64,000 bases of DNA from Escherichia phage W143. The notes below the pieces were generated by a model. The model was not told the origin of the DNA. It searched no databases and worked only from the letters and a program-made list of their open reading frames with translations. Each line of letters begins with the position of its first letter. The stretch's first letter is position 1. This document shows positions 54,301 to 62,183 of this stretch, one piece after another. The stretch lies in sequence record MZ189262.1; one strand, 5' to 3'. The position numbers and the translations under genes were made by a program.

Positions 54301-54394
54301 TTCGCATGGTCATACTATCACTGTAAATAGTACAGGTAATACAGAAAACACGGTTAAAAACATTGCTTTTAACTATATCGTTCGTTTAGCATAA
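51317..54394 (+). CDS. 37: long tail fibre distal subunit gp37 (receptor-binding tip)
   Basis: 1025 aa; C-terminal His-rich HxH repeats ([52 protein letters not shown]) and ending [11 protein letters not shown] as in T4 gp37. Confidence 0.95.
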   Translation: MATLKQIQFKRSKTAGARPAASVLAEGELAINLKDRTIFTKDDLGNIIDLGFAKGGQVDGNITQIGDYTQTGKFNLIGPQIVESGGYIEFNYRTTGSGSWTGQHTAKAPIFVDLSSSTSTSEYNPIIKQRFKDGTFSLGTLVSEGSLKIHYINESGDSKYWTFRRDGGFTVDGGSLAVSGGSITTSGNIAAFGNITSPQINTKNIILDTKAFGQYDSQSLVQYVYPGTGEENGINYLRKVRAKSGGTIYHEIASAQTGKNDEISWWTGNTLTTKLMGLRNDGAMVLRRSLAIGTITTDENTNNYGSPTPMGERYIALGDAATGLKYIKQGVYDLVGNWNSVASITPDSFRSTRKALFGRSEDQGATWNMPGNNAALLSVQTQADGNTAGDGQTHIGYNSGGKMNHYFRGTGQMNINTQQGTEINPGILKLVTGSNNVQFYADGTISSIQPVKLDNELFLNSSNNTAGLKFGAPSKVDGSRIIQWNAGTRAGQNKNYLVMKAWGNAFDSTAGNRETVFELYDSQGYHFYSQRLAPTGSETVGALQFRISGALRVGGDIISAGSIVSESSLVANNGLSVNGQAKFGGTANALRIWNAEYGAIFRRSENNFYIIPTNQNEGESGDIHSSLRPVRIGLNDGMVGLGRDSFIVDQNNALTTINSNSRINANFRMQLGQNAYIDIEASDGVRPAGCGSFASQNYEDVRAPIYMNIKRTSTSEYIPIVKQRYVNGDSTYSIGTLISQGDFRVHYHQGTSTTGTDLSWEFRRTGDFRAAGKIIAGSAQLGTDGNITGGSGNFANLNSTIESLKTDIVSSYPIGAPIPWPTDTPPEGYAIMEGQTFDKSAYPKLAVAYPSGVIPDMRGQTIKGKPSGRAVLSAEADGIKSHSHSASASSTDLGTKTTSSFDYGTKGTNSAGHHAHSGSGSTSTNGEHVHAIEAWNGTGAGGNKMSSYAVAYRAGGSNTNSAGSHSHTFSFGTSGAGDHSHSVGIGAHSHTVAIGSHGHTITVNSTGNTENTVKNIAFNYIVRLA

Positions 54395-54424
54395 GGAGAG
54401 GGGCTTCGGCCCCTTCTAAATATG
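54393..54424 (+). promoter_or_regulatory. structured (split) ribosome-binding site of gene 38
   Basis: SD AAGGAG (54393-54398, overlapping gp37 stop) then hairpin GGGGC-TTCG-GCCCC (54400-54413) then TTCTAAAT and ATG 54422; known T4 gene 38 arrangement. Confidence 0.7.
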
Positions 54425-54973
54425 AAAATCTATCATTATTATTTTGACACAAAAGAATTTTACAAAGAAGAAAATTACAAACCGATTAAAGGTCTTGGTC
54501 TTCCTGCTCATTCAACAATTAAAAAACCTTTAGAACCTAAAGAAGGATACGCGGTTGTATTTGATGAACGTATTCAGGATTGGATTTATGAAGAAGACCA
54601 TCGCGGCAAACGAGCATGGACTTTTAATAAAGAAGAAATTTTTATAAATGACATTGGAAGCCCAGTTGGTATAACTTTTGATGAACCCGGCGAATTTGAC
54701 ATATGGACTGATGATGGTTGGAAAGAAGATGAAACATATAAACGGGTTTTAATTCGTAATAGAAAAATTGAAGAATTATATAAAGAATTCCAAGTATTGA
54801 GTAATATGATCGAAGCTTCAGCTGCAAATAAAAAGGAAAAATTCTATCATCAAAACCTTAAACGGTTCTTTGCTCTTTTAGAAAAGCATGAGCATTTAGG
54901 TGGTGAATTCCCTGCATGGCCTGAAAAAGAACGGAAGCCTTGGTATAAGCGTTTATTCAAGCATTACGTATAA
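54422..54973 (+). CDS. 38: tail fibre assembly chaperone gp38 (T4 type)
   Basis: 183 aa, MKIYHYYFDTKEFYKEENYKPIKGLGLPAHSTIKKP...; matches T4 gp38 rather than the longer T2/T6-type adhesin. Confidence 0.92.
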   Translation: MKIYHYYFDTKEFYKEENYKPIKGLGLPAHSTIKKPLEPKEGYAVVFDERIQDWIYEEDHRGKRAWTFNKEEIFINDIGSPVGITFDEPGEFDIWTDDGWKEDETYKRVLIRNRKIEELYKEFQVLSNMIEASAANKKEKFYHQNLKRFFALLEKHEHLGGEFPAWPEKERKPWYKRLFKHYV

Positions 54974-54976
54974 ATA
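54969..54976 (+). promoter_or_regulatory. late promoter TATAAATA for holin gene t
   Basis: Exact TATAAATA 18 nt upstream of ATG 54995; SD AAGGAGG at 54983-54989. Confidence 0.75.
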
Positions 54977-54994
54977 TCTTAAAAAGGAGGGTCT

Positions 54995-55651
54995 ATGGCA
55001 GCACCTAGAATATCATTTTCGCCCTCTGATATTCTGTTGGGTGTTCTAGATCGCTTGTTCAAAGATAACGCTACCGGGAAAGTTCTTGCTTCCCGGGTAG
55101 CTGTCGTAATTCTTTTGTTTATAATGGCGATTGTTTGGTATAGGGGAGATAGTTTCTTTGAGTACTATAAGCAATCAAAGTATGAAACATACAGTGAAAT
55201 TATTGAAAAGGAAAGAACTGCACGCTTTGAATCTGTCGCCCTGGAACAACTCCAGATAGTTCATATATCATCTGAGGCAGACTTTAGTGCGGTGTATTCT
55301 TTCCGCCCTAAAAACTTAAACTATTTTGTTGATATTATAGCATATGAAGGAAAATTACCTTCAACAATAAGCGAAAAATCACTTGGAGGATATCCTGTTG
55401 ATAAAACTATGGATGAATATACAGTTCATTTAAATGGACGTCACTATTATTCCAATTCAAAATTTGCTTTTTTACCAACTAAAAAGCCTACTCCTGAAAT
55501 AAATTACATGTACAGTTGTCCATATTTCAATTTGGATAATATCTATGCTGGAACAATAACCATGTACTGGTATAGAAATGATCATATAAGTAATGACCGC
55601 CTTGAATCAATATGTTCTCAGGCGGCCAGAATATTAGGAAGGGCTAAATAA
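54995..55651 (+). CDS. t: holin T
   Basis: 218 aa; single N-terminal TM (VAVVILLFIMAIVWY) and large periplasmic domain; matches T4 holin. Confidence 0.95.
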   Translation: MAAPRISFSPSDILLGVLDRLFKDNATGKVLASRVAVVILLFIMAIVWYRGDSFFEYYKQSKYETYSEIIEKERTARFESVALEQLQIVHISSEADFSAVYSFRPKNLNYFVDIIAYEGKLPSTISEKSLGGYPVDKTMDEYTVHLNGRHYYSNSKFAFLPTKKPTPEINYMYSCPYFNLDNIYAGTITMYWYRNDHISNDRLESICSQAARILGRAK

Positions 55652-55924
55652 TTATTTGTTTGTATACATCTCTAGATATCGATATACGCCCTCAAAACCC
55701 TCGTTGAATTCGTCGATGAGGGTTTTCTTATCTTCTTGAGTTAATTCAGAAACAATTTTACGGAATGAATTCTGATTTAACTTTCTACCTTCATGCGTTA
55801 CTCCAATCTCATTCAGAAATGCAATAAAATTAGCACGATTCTCAACAATATCTTCTCTGGAAAATTTAATCAAAATAGACGCAACAGTAATAATTTCACG
55901 AACTGTATCAATGTTTTTATTCAT
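55652..55924 (-). CDS. asiA: anti-sigma70 factor AsiA
   Basis: 90 aa, MNKNIDTVREIITVASILIKFSREDIVENRANFIAFLNEIG...; matches T4 AsiA. Confidence 0.95.
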   Translation of the reverse strand: MNKNIDTVREIITVASILIKFSREDIVENRANFIAFLNEIGVTHEGRKLNQNSFRKIVSELTQEDKKTLIDEFNEGFEGVYRYLEMYTNK

Positions 55925-55936
55925 TAACTACACCAC

Positions 55937-56089
55937 TCAATTAGTTGACTTTATTATAATATCATCAGACACTTGATTTGTAAACTGGTCTGTGTTATTT
56001 TCTTCAAAAATTTTTTCTACGAATTCCTTGAACAACTCACGTTCCTGGGCTACATTATGCTCGATTACCTTTTCAAGATTATGACTCAT
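55937..56089 (-). CDS. small acidic protein, 50 aa
   Basis: Hand-translated MSHNLEKVIEHNVAQERELFKEFVEKIFEENNTDQFTNQVSDDIIIKSTN; ATGA overlap with arn stop. Confidence 0.5.
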   Translation of the reverse strand: MSHNLEKVIEHNVAQERELFKEFVEKIFEENNTDQFTNQVSDDIIIKSTN

Positions 56090-56364
56090 TCGAAATAATC
56101 TTCAATTTCGTAATCATGGACATAAATCATTATAGTTTTTAATACATCATCAATACTTTTTCCTGGAGCTGGAATTACGTAAAAATATCCCGCCTTTGAG
56201 TTATCTTTATAAGTTCCAACCAAGAAATCATTATTCTCAAGATGTAGTTCTTCAACTAATTCATCGACAATTGAGTGGTATAAATTTGGTAGAAACTTAT
56301 ATAGCTTTTCTAGAATGTCAATTTTGATTGTATATTGAACCACAGATTGAGAATCAATAATCAT
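56086..56364 (-). CDS. arn: Arn-like anti-restriction protein
   Basis: 92-aa acidic ORF in T4 arn position directly downstream of asiA; size as T4 Arn. Confidence 0.75.
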   Translation of the reverse strand: MIIDSQSVVQYTIKIDILEKLYKFLPNLYHSIVDELVEELHLENNDFLVGTYKDNSKAGYFYVIPAPGKSIDDVLKTIMIYVHDYEIEDYFE

Positions 56365-56473
56365 AGACCTTCCCCTTATGTTTCTGTTTGCGATTAGATT
56401 CTTTAAACGCTTTCTTCTTATCTTTATGGACAGAAGCTTTATTAAAATTATGTTTTGCGACTAAATTGTTCAT
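56354..56473 (-). CDS. possible lysine-rich peptide, 39 aa
   Basis: Hand-translated MNNLVAKHNFNKASVHKDKKKAFKESNRKQKHKGKVYDY; overlaps arn start and the 3' end of the 72-aa ORF; RBS weak. Confidence 0.3.
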   Translation of the reverse strand: MNNLVAKHNFNKASVHKDKKKAFKESNRKQKHKGKVYDY

Positions 56474-56666
56474 AGTGCTGAATTACCTCTCTTAAGCATT
56501 TGCATGTGAATGAAAACTTTTTAGCTACACCACATTCAAATATATGTTCTCTTAAATCACATGTGTCAGTATATCCCATCTCAACAATAAAATGCCGTAT
56601 TAGATTTTTATCTTTATCATTGAGAGAGTTAAAATAATCGGATTTTGAATTAATTTCCCTGGCCAA
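56448..56666 (-). CDS. hypothetical protein, 72 aa, Cys-rich
   Basis: ORF MAREINSKSDYFNSLNDKDKNLIRHFIVEMGYTDTCDLREH... Confidence 0.6.
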   Translation of the reverse strand: MAREINSKSDYFNSLNDKDKNLIRHFIVEMGYTDTCDLREHIFECGVAKKFSFTCKCLREVIQHYEQFSRKT

Positions 56667-56946
56667 ATTGAATCACCTTCAGTTGACGTTTTAGTTCTTT
56701 TATCATCTCTTCGTTCATCGCAATATAAAGATCGCGTAAAGCAGGCTTTAACATTCCATTTATTGGGGAACTAAATGGACATACATAATCTTTTCCTACG
56801 AGCTTTTTAGTGAATTCCATATTACAGAACTGAAATGCCGGTTCATTGGCATAAATTCCCCAATTAGTTGACATCATTTTATTGGCATATTCCAACGCCT
56901 GGATTTGATTAGTAATTCCGTCAATTTGAAACTTTTTAATATTCAT
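56650..56946 (-). CDS. hypothetical protein, 98 aa
   Basis: [26 protein letters not shown]... Confidence 0.65.
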   Translation of the reverse strand: MNIKKFQIDGITNQIQALEYANKMMSTNWGIYANEPAFQFCNMEFTKKLVGKDYVCPFSSPINGMLKPALRDLYIAMNEEMIKELKRQLKVIQFGQGN

Positions 56947-57407
56947 TAGTAAAGGTCCTCAGAGTAAAGTTCTTTTTCACTACCACCACGTTCAATACGT
57001 ACTTGTCCAGCGTAAGTTGCAATAATCATTGCTTCTTCACGTGTCCAATAATTACTATATTGGTCAATAAACCCTTGGTCATCATCACAAACTTGCTGAG
57101 TAACTAATTGAGGTTTAACTACATCTAAAACTGCTGCCATATCTTTAGAATAATGACGAGCACCCGGAATAACAAGAATTCGTCCATCTTTTAATTTAAA
57201 ACGGTTGGCTGCGCAAACAATCCGTCGTTGATACTTTTGGTTTTCATCCCAGTATGCGGTCTGCCAACAGATTTCAGGAACTTCATCTAAAACATTTTGT
57301 TCTGTGTATTCACCACTGTAAGAAGCTAATTTAGCAGCCAAACTTTCTGGAGTCTCACGTGACAAAGCTTTATCTAACAGAGCTAAACGTTCTTTAAAAG
57401 TTTTCAT
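56946..57407 (-). CDS. hypothetical protein, 153 aa
   Basis: [30 protein letters not shown]...; ATGA coupling with neighbours. Confidence 0.7.
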   Translation of the reverse strand: MKTFKERLALLDKALSRETPESLAAKLASYSGEYTEQNVLDEVPEICWQTAYWDENQKYQRRIVCAANRFKLKDGRILVIPGARHYSKDMAAVLDVVKPQLVTQQVCDDDQGFIDQYSNYWTREEAMIIATYAGQVRIERGGSEKELYSEDLY

Positions 57408-57733
57408 TTAAACCATCCTTTAATACGTTGCCACAAAGTTTTCTGTTGAGCTTTGTTAACACCAATTGAGCGAATAACTGATTGAGATTCCTGAAATTCT
57501 TTATAATCAGCAAGGTAAATTTCGTAAGCTGAATCCGTAAAGGAACTTATCGCTGCCATGAAATTATTGCGAATACCTACTGGAGCATCTTTACTTTCAC
57601 GAATAATCATGTATTTGCCAGTCTTAATCTTTACGATAGTTCCAAGATAAGCTCCATGATACCAGATGTCCCACCCCTCTTGAGTGGGTTCTGCACAACG
57701 ACGAAGTTCATTGATAATTTCTAACTTGTTCAT
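57404..57733 (-). CDS. hypothetical protein, 109 aa
   Basis: [34 protein letters not shown]... Confidence 0.65.
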   Translation of the reverse strand: MNKLEIINELRRCAEPTQEGWDIWYHGAYLGTIVKIKTGKYMIIRESKDAPVGIRNNFMAAISSFTDSAYEIYLADYKEFQESQSVIRSIGVNKAQQKTLWQRIKGWFK

Positions 57734-57743
57734 TATTTATTCC

Positions 57744-58379
57744 TCACAGTTCAGATGCTACGGTGATTACAGCTTCAATGTTTTCTGCCGAGCGTTTAAT
57801 GTCAAGATACACATTACCGTTTTTAGCGATTTTACATGACATTCCGATATCAGTAAATTTCTGAATATGATGTTCCATCATTTTGTATCCAAAAATTCGC
57901 ATATTTCCATTGTTGTTAATTTCAAAATTACGAATTCCGTGAGTGCGTTTTTCTAAAATAGCAAGATAGTTACTACGATAAGTTTCAACCTTTTTAAGAA
58001 CAAATCCATTTTCATCTAAAAGTTTTAGCATGAGGTCTTTATCTTCTTCCATATCGGAAGTAATCTCGCGAGCTTTACGAGTTGCTCGTTTTTTCAGCAG
58101 TTCCGGAGCATTTTCCTGTGCGTATAAAGTTGCTGCATTTGAAATAATATCCTGAGCTTCACCAGTAATGATTAATCCATCACCAGATTTCTCCACCAGG
58201 CCTTTTTTAATCAATACCCCAATATTACTATTAACTACTGCATTACCTAAATCTGGATGCACCTCACGAACTTCTGCAGCTGTAATGAAATCTTTCTTAG
58301 CAATGGTAATTAAAATCGCAGCAGTTTTTTCATTCAGAACATCGTTAGAAGCTTTGATGATGTAAGTTACTTTAGACAT
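57744..58379 (-). CDS. motA: MotA middle-transcription activator
   Basis: 211 aa, MSKVTYIIKASNDVLNEKTAAILITIAKKDFITAAEVREVHPDLG...; matches T4 MotA. Confidence 0.95.
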   Translation of the reverse strand: MSKVTYIIKASNDVLNEKTAAILITIAKKDFITAAEVREVHPDLGNAVVNSNIGVLIKKGLVEKSGDGLIITGEAQDIISNAATLYAQENAPELLKKRATRKAREITSDMEEDKDLMLKLLDENGFVLKKVETYRSNYLAILEKRTHGIRNFEINNNGNMRIFGYKMMEHHIQKFTDIGMSCKIAKNGNVYLDIKRSAENIEAVITVASEL

Positions 58380-58420
58380 TTTCTAATCTCCGTAATTCTG
58401 TATCAGTAGTTGATAGTTGT

Positions 58421-58450
58421 ATAGTACCACAGTATGCTTTGGTTGTAAAC
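58421..58450 (-). promoter_or_regulatory. early promoter (proximal copy) for motA
   Basis: -35 GTTTAC (plus 58445-58450), -10 TACTAT (plus 58421-58426). Confidence 0.7.
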
Positions 58451-58483
58451 CGTTTTGTGAAAAAAAAAATAGTTGATAGTTGT

Positions 58484-58513
58484 ATAGTACCACAGTATGC
58501 TTTGGTTGTAAAC
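58484..58513 (-). promoter_or_regulatory. early promoter (distal duplicated copy) for motA
   Basis: -35 GTTTAC (plus 58508-58513), -10 TACTAT (plus 58484-58489); exact copy of the proximal promoter. Confidence 0.65.
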
Positions 58514-58532
58514 CGTTTTGTGAAAAAAAAAA

Positions 58533-58565
58533 TTGAAATAAAAAAGGGAGAGCTGAGGCTCTCCC
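58533..58565 (-). terminator. intrinsic terminator after the gene 52 transcription unit
   Basis: GGGAGAGC-CTCA-GCTCTCCC hairpin (plus 58546-58565) followed on the minus strand by TTTTTTATTTCAA. Confidence 0.8.
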
Positions 58566-58570
58566 TAAAA

Positions 58571-58720
58571 TTACTGCATGACTGTGATAACTGTCATGAT
58601 AACACGTTGAATGCCGAACGCAAGAAGACCTCCTGCTACGGCTGGAACAACACCTAGCCCCGCTAGTAAAATGCCACCAGATACTAATGCCGCGCTTGTA
58701 ATACCAATGAATGGACTCAT
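58571..58720 (-). CDS. small hydrophobic peptide, 49 aa
   Basis: Hand-translated MSPFIGITSAALVSGGILLAGLGVVPAVAGGLLAFGIQRVIMTVITVMQ; ATGA overlap with gp52 stop; predicted membrane peptide. Confidence 0.5.
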   Translation of the reverse strand: MSPFIGITSAALVSGGILLAGLGVVPAVAGGLLAFGIQRVIMTVITVMQ

Positions 58721-60045
58721 TTGATTTCCTCTAAATCTTTGGTGTATTCGGTAACTACATCAGTAGTTTTCCAATATTCGTTTTCTTCTTTCTTAGCTTT
58801 AGCTTCTTCAGCAAGTTTCTTTGCTTCATCAGAAGTCATATGAAAAATATTCATTCCGACTAGTTTATCAACATAAGAAGAATACATCTCAATTTTAGAA
58901 AGTTCTTCGGTCAGTTCTTTACGAGTTTTACCCTGCACAACAATTTCACCTGAAATTACTTTCTTAATGAAATGCGCCTTGGCAAAGGCTAAACGAAATG
59001 CTGATTCAGTTTCTTTAATTTTGTTATCAATTCGTTTTTGGACATAAGTTTTACGAACTTCAACGAAGTCTTTGATTAAATCAACTACGTTATCGTAAAC
59101 TTGCAGCTTTCCTTTCTCATTAATGACTGTAATATTCTGGGAACGACGCTCAATCAACCCGAAGTCTTTCATGATTTTTGCATGGCGTTCTTCTTCGTTA
59201 TCGCTCAAAGAATATTCTTTACGGAATTTAACTTTAAAGCCAAAACCATGCTCGCCACAAGCATCATCCCACGTAATGAAGCCTTTATCTTCAAGCGGGT
59301 CTAAGATTTTACTCACATAAGTTTCACGATCATACTTATACGGAATCTCAGTGATATGCATTTGAGTTCGTGAAGTAAACTTGTACGTTCCACGAATTTC
59401 ATATTGACCGTCAATTTCAACGACTTCACCACGAAATTCTGGGAATTCTACCTTCGGTTTAGTTACTTTCTTTCCTTGAAGAGCTTGTAGTACAGCTTTC
59501 TTGACAGAAGAAACACTATGAGGAAGAATGTAAGTTGCATAACCAGTTGCAATACCGGAAACACCATTAAGAAGAACAGTAGGAATAATAGGCAAATAGA
59601 AAGCAGGCGGAATGTGTTCTTTATCTTGATGTACCGGGGCATATTCAGTATCTTTATATACGCTATAGAAATTTTTACTTACACGAGCAAAAATATAACG
59701 ACTTGCCGCTGCTTTTTGAACGGTACGAGAACCAAAGTTTCCTTGACCATCTAACAAAGGAAAGTTATTATTCCAAGTGTTAGCCATCAAAGCACCTGCG
59801 TCTTGTGCAGAGTTTTCACCATGATGATATCCAAGGTCAGCTACACCACCTGCAATAGAAGCAAGTTTGTGAAACTTATCTTTATTTCCTCGTGCTAAAT
59901 CAAGGGCTCGAGCAATAACAAACCGTTGAACTGGCTTAAATCCATCAATCATATTTGGAATAGCACGATTTTCAACCGTGTACATAGCATAAGCCAATGC
60001 TTCATTATCAATGATACTTTTTAAATCGCGATTATTCAGTTGCAT
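58717..60045 (-). CDS. 52: DNA topoisomerase II medium subunit gp52
   Basis: 442 aa, MQLNNRDLKSIIDNEALAYAMYTVENRAIPNMIDGFKPVQRFV... (GyrA-like breakage-reunion domain); matches T4 gp52. Confidence 0.95.
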   Translation of the reverse strand: MQLNNRDLKSIIDNEALAYAMYTVENRAIPNMIDGFKPVQRFVIARALDLARGNKDKFHKLASIAGGVADLGYHHGENSAQDAGALMANTWNNNFPLLDGQGNFGSRTVQKAAASRYIFARVSKNFYSVYKDTEYAPVHQDKEHIPPAFYLPIIPTVLLNGVSGIATGYATYILPHSVSSVKKAVLQALQGKKVTKPKVEFPEFRGEVVEIDGQYEIRGTYKFTSRTQMHITEIPYKYDRETYVSKILDPLEDKGFITWDDACGEHGFGFKVKFRKEYSLSDNEEERHAKIMKDFGLIERRSQNITVINEKGKLQVYDNVVDLIKDFVEVRKTYVQKRIDNKIKETESAFRLAFAKAHFIKKVISGEIVVQGKTRKELTEELSKIEMYSSYVDKLVGMNIFHMTSDEAKKLAEEAKAKKEENEYWKTTDVVTEYTKDLEEIK

Positions 60046-60049
60046 AAAT

Positions 60050-60190
60050 TTACCATACTAGTGAATGTAGTGCCATAATAACATCAGAAATGAAAAGCAC
60101 GACTTGAATTAATCCAAACATTACTCCATAATATAGTGCTACTAATAAAGTAGCAAGGGCTAATGAATAGCCCAAGATTTTCTTAATCAT
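60050..60190 (-). CDS. small membrane peptide, 46 aa (T4 52.1 position)
   Basis: Hand-translated MIKKILGYSLALATLLVALYYGVMFGLIQVVLFISDVIMALHSLVW; stop 5 nt before the gp52 ATG. Confidence 0.5.
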   Translation of the reverse strand: MIKKILGYSLALATLLVALYYGVMFGLIQVVLFISDVIMALHSLVW

Positions 60191-60341
60191 TGGTAGATAA
60201 CAACACAAATGTTAAATATGCACACATACCCTGGGCTAAAGCTTGTGAAAACACACTGCTAGCATCGATACAGATAGTTAAAACACATGCTACTATCCAA
60301 CAAATAAATGAAATAACTCCTAATAGTTTTGCAATATTCAT
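60183..60341 (-). CDS. ac: small membrane protein, 52 aa (T4 ac position)
   Basis: Hand-translated MNIAKLLGVISFICWIVACVLTICIDASSVFSQALAQGMCAYLTFVLLSTND; GAGGA SD upstream; symbol by position and size only. Confidence 0.5.
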   Translation of the reverse strand: MNIAKLLGVISFICWIVACVLTICIDASSVFSQALAQGMCAYLTFVLLSTND

Positions 60342-60348
60342 ATTTTCC

Positions 60349-60429
60349 TCACTGGCGTCCGAAGACGCCTTTAGTTTTAAGATTGTTACGATAGAACTGC
60401 ATTACATGTTCGTTATGGAAATTACTCAT
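60349..60429 (-). CDS. stp: Stp peptide (activator of host anticodon nuclease PrrC)
   Basis: Hand-translated 26 aa [26 protein letters not shown], matching the T4 Stp sequence as recalled; start overlaps ndd stop (TAATG). Confidence 0.8.
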
Positions 60430-60884
60430 TAGTATGCCTGCAAAACAAATTTAAAGTTATCAGCCAACATACGATTCATTTCTTCAAGCGTTTGATACTC
60501 AGAATGATGATTACGAGTAAACGCTAAAGCTAACTGACCTTTTCCAAATCCCGTCGTCAGAGGTTTCATCTTAGAAGCAGGTAGATAAAATACCGTGTAT
60601 GGAACATTGTTATTTGCAATAGTACGCGCAAGCTGAGATCGACGCTGGCGAATATGACTTAGAACTGCACTGAATCCTTGCTTAGAACGCTGATTACCTA
60701 CATAAAATCGTGCAGATACACACGGACTATCAAATGGACCACCAAATTTGCTTACTAAAAAGTAAAATCCAGGGTTAGACAAAATGTCTTTATGTGGAGT
60801 TCCAAAAACCCATTCACCGCCCTTGATTGTACCAATAACAGTTGCGCCTGCATTATTCAAATCAGTAACAGTCATATATTTCAT
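60429..60884 (-). CDS. ndd: nucleoid disruption protein Ndd
   Basis: 151 aa, [33 protein letters not shown]...; matches T4 Ndd. Confidence 0.9.
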
Positions 60885-60943
60885 GTTATTTTCCTCTAAT
60901 TATTTTCTACTCCAAGGCCGCATGAATACACACGGCCGATAAA

Positions 60944-61159
60944 TTAATCGTCGCAGTCGACGCTCAATTCCCAGAACTCTTCTACAGTATAAGTTTCAGT
61001 ATCATTTTCAATACAGAAACGTTCATTACTGTTATTTGCTAAAGTAGCGTTAACTGTCATTTTCTCGCTAGTGCTTTTAAGAGGTGAAATACGAATTAAC
61101 TGATCACCATTATCTAAACAGAAAATTTCGCCAACTTTTACATCTTTAAAAATTTTCAT
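60944..61159 (-). CDS. hypothetical protein, 71 aa (ndd.1 region)
   Basis: ORF MKIFKDVKVGEIFCLDNGDQLIRISPL... Confidence 0.6.
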   Translation of the reverse strand: MKIFKDVKVGEIFCLDNGDQLIRISPLKSTSEKMTVNATLANNSNERFCIENDTETYTVEEFWELSVDCDD

Positions 61160-61274
61160 AATTCACCTCAAGGAGTATAAAATCCAAATGCAGTTGTTGA
61201 CCATCCCATCCAGTATGGGAAATTTGCACCAATGTAAAACATAAGAATATAAAACCAACCACTCAGCAAATTCA

Positions 61275-61472
61275 TCATTTTACACCATTCCAAATTGTTT
61301 CAACCACATATTTTAAGCCATTTTGATGAATGTCCATTCCGACAACCGCCATCAAATAGATTCCAACCACAACTGAACCCAAGGCGAAAATCAGCATGAA
61401 AATGAATAAAGCTGGAAAAATATTATCGAAAAACCATTCCATAAATGTAAAAGCACTACGTTTACGCTTCAT
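61275..61472 (-). CDS. small membrane protein, 65 aa
   Basis: MKRKRSAFTFMEWFFDNIFPALFIFMLIFALGSVVVGIYLMAVVG... from ATG 61472 with GAGGA SD; ORF-track start is TTG at 61493. Confidence 0.55.
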   Translation of the reverse strand: MKRKRSAFTFMEWFFDNIFPALFIFMLIFALGSVVVGIYLMAVVGMDIHQNGLKYVVETIWNGVK

Positions 61473-61479
61473 ATTTTCC

Positions 61480-61593
61480 TCACATAAATCCAAAGTAAGC
61501 GTTTAATACATCAATCATTAAAACGATTGGGAATATACTCAAAACTACTAGTATTATAACTACATTCCATATAGCTTTAACAATCTTTTTCAT
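61480..61593 (-). CDS. small hydrophobic peptide, 37 aa
   Basis: MKKIVKAIWNVVIILVVLSIFPIVLMIDVLNAYFGFM from ATG 61593 with GGAGGA SD; the longer ORF-track call would run through the promoter. Confidence 0.45.
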   Translation of the reverse strand: MKKIVKAIWNVVIILVVLSIFPIVLMIDVLNAYFGFM

Positions 61594-61621
61594 TTTCTGT
61601 TCCTCCGTAGTTGATAAGGTA

Positions 61622-61651
61622 ATAATACCACAGAGGAACAGTCTTGTAAAC
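61622..61651 (-). promoter_or_regulatory. early promoter GTTTAC-N18-TATTAT
   Basis: -35 GTTTAC (plus 61646-61651), -10 TATTAT (plus 61622-61627). Confidence 0.55.
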
Positions 61652-61658
61652 AACTTTT

Positions 61659-61757
61659 TTAAAAATATTCGTAATAAATGTGAATGCCAATCACTACTGC
61701 CGAAACTTGCGCAACCCACCATGCACAAGCAATAAGTACAGAATTCAAAATTTTCAT
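61659..61757 (-). CDS. small hydrophobic peptide, 32 aa
   Basis: Hand-translated MKILNSVLIACAWWVAQVSAVVIGIHIYYEYF; GAGGT SD; ATGA-coupled to the upstream peptide. Confidence 0.4.
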   Translation of the reverse strand: MKILNSVLIACAWWVAQVSAVVIGIHIYYEYF

Positions 61758-61840
61758 AATAACCTCATCACAAAAGTAAATGTTAAACAAATTAATGGAA
61801 TACTAATTAACCAAATAAAACACCACCACAATGAACTCAT
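61754..61840 (-). CDS. small hydrophobic peptide, 28 aa
   Basis: Hand-translated MSSLWWCFIWLISIPLICLTFTFVMRLL; ATGA overlaps at both ends. Confidence 0.35.
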   Translation of the reverse strand: MSSLWWCFIWLISIPLICLTFTFVMRLL

Positions 61841-62100
61841 AGTTCAATCTCAGCGATTTTCATTTCATTACTATTAATAGCCGCTTTAAGACTATCTGAA
61901 AGAATTACATTCCAGTGGTCATTCATATGACCATTAACTAAGCGTGTAATTTCTTCGGGAGTTGAAAAATAAGGCGTATCAGACTCCCAGTGCGATAACC
62001 CTAAGCGAGTATAAATCATACCTTCATCATCGCTAGAATATTCAACTGACACAAACTCATCAGTTATTTTATGTTTAGCGTAATAAAATTTAAATTTCAT
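61837..62100 (-). CDS. hypothetical protein, 87 aa
   Basis: MKFKFYYAKHKITDEFVSVEYSSDDEG... from ATG 62100 with GGAGA SD; the ORF-track extension to 62202 would run through the promoter. Confidence 0.6.
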   Translation of the reverse strand: MKFKFYYAKHKITDEFVSVEYSSDDEGMIYTRLGLSHWESDTPYFSTPEEITRLVNGHMNDHWNVILSDSLKAAINSNEMKIAEIEL

Positions 62101-62134
62101 TTTATTCTCCAAATCCGTATCAGTTGATAGTTGT

Positions 62135-62164
62135 ATAGTACCACAGTCCTTGTGGTTTGTAAAC
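62135..62164 (-). promoter_or_regulatory. early promoter GTTTAC-N18-TACTAT, related to the motA promoter module
   Basis: -35 GTTTAC (plus 62159-62164), -10 TACTAT (plus 62135-62140); flanking sequence resembles the 63-bp motA repeat unit. Confidence 0.65.
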
Positions 62165-62183
62165 CGTTTTGTGAAATTTTTTT

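Larger units (their letters stand above)
58407..58532 (-). repeat. perfect 63-bp direct tandem duplication (2 copies), each carrying an early promoter upstream of motA
   Basis: 58407-58469 and 58470-58532 are identical (TAGTTGATAGTTGTATAGTACCACAGTATGCTTTGGTTGTAAACCGTTTTGTGA + A9); each copy has minus-strand GTTTAC-N18-TACTAT and a T10 tract upstream of -35. Confidence 0.9.

Noticed and set aside
58431-58510. MotA-box-like TGCTT motifs inside the 63-bp repeats
   Set aside because: They lie on the plus strand, while all genes and the sigma70-like boxes here are on the minus strand; most simply part of the early-promoter spacer.
60190-60432. Plus-strand 80-aa ORF between gene 52 and ndd
   Set aside because: Overlaps the stp and ac-region genes on the opposite strand; stp matches the recalled T4 sequence, so the plus ORF is the artefact.
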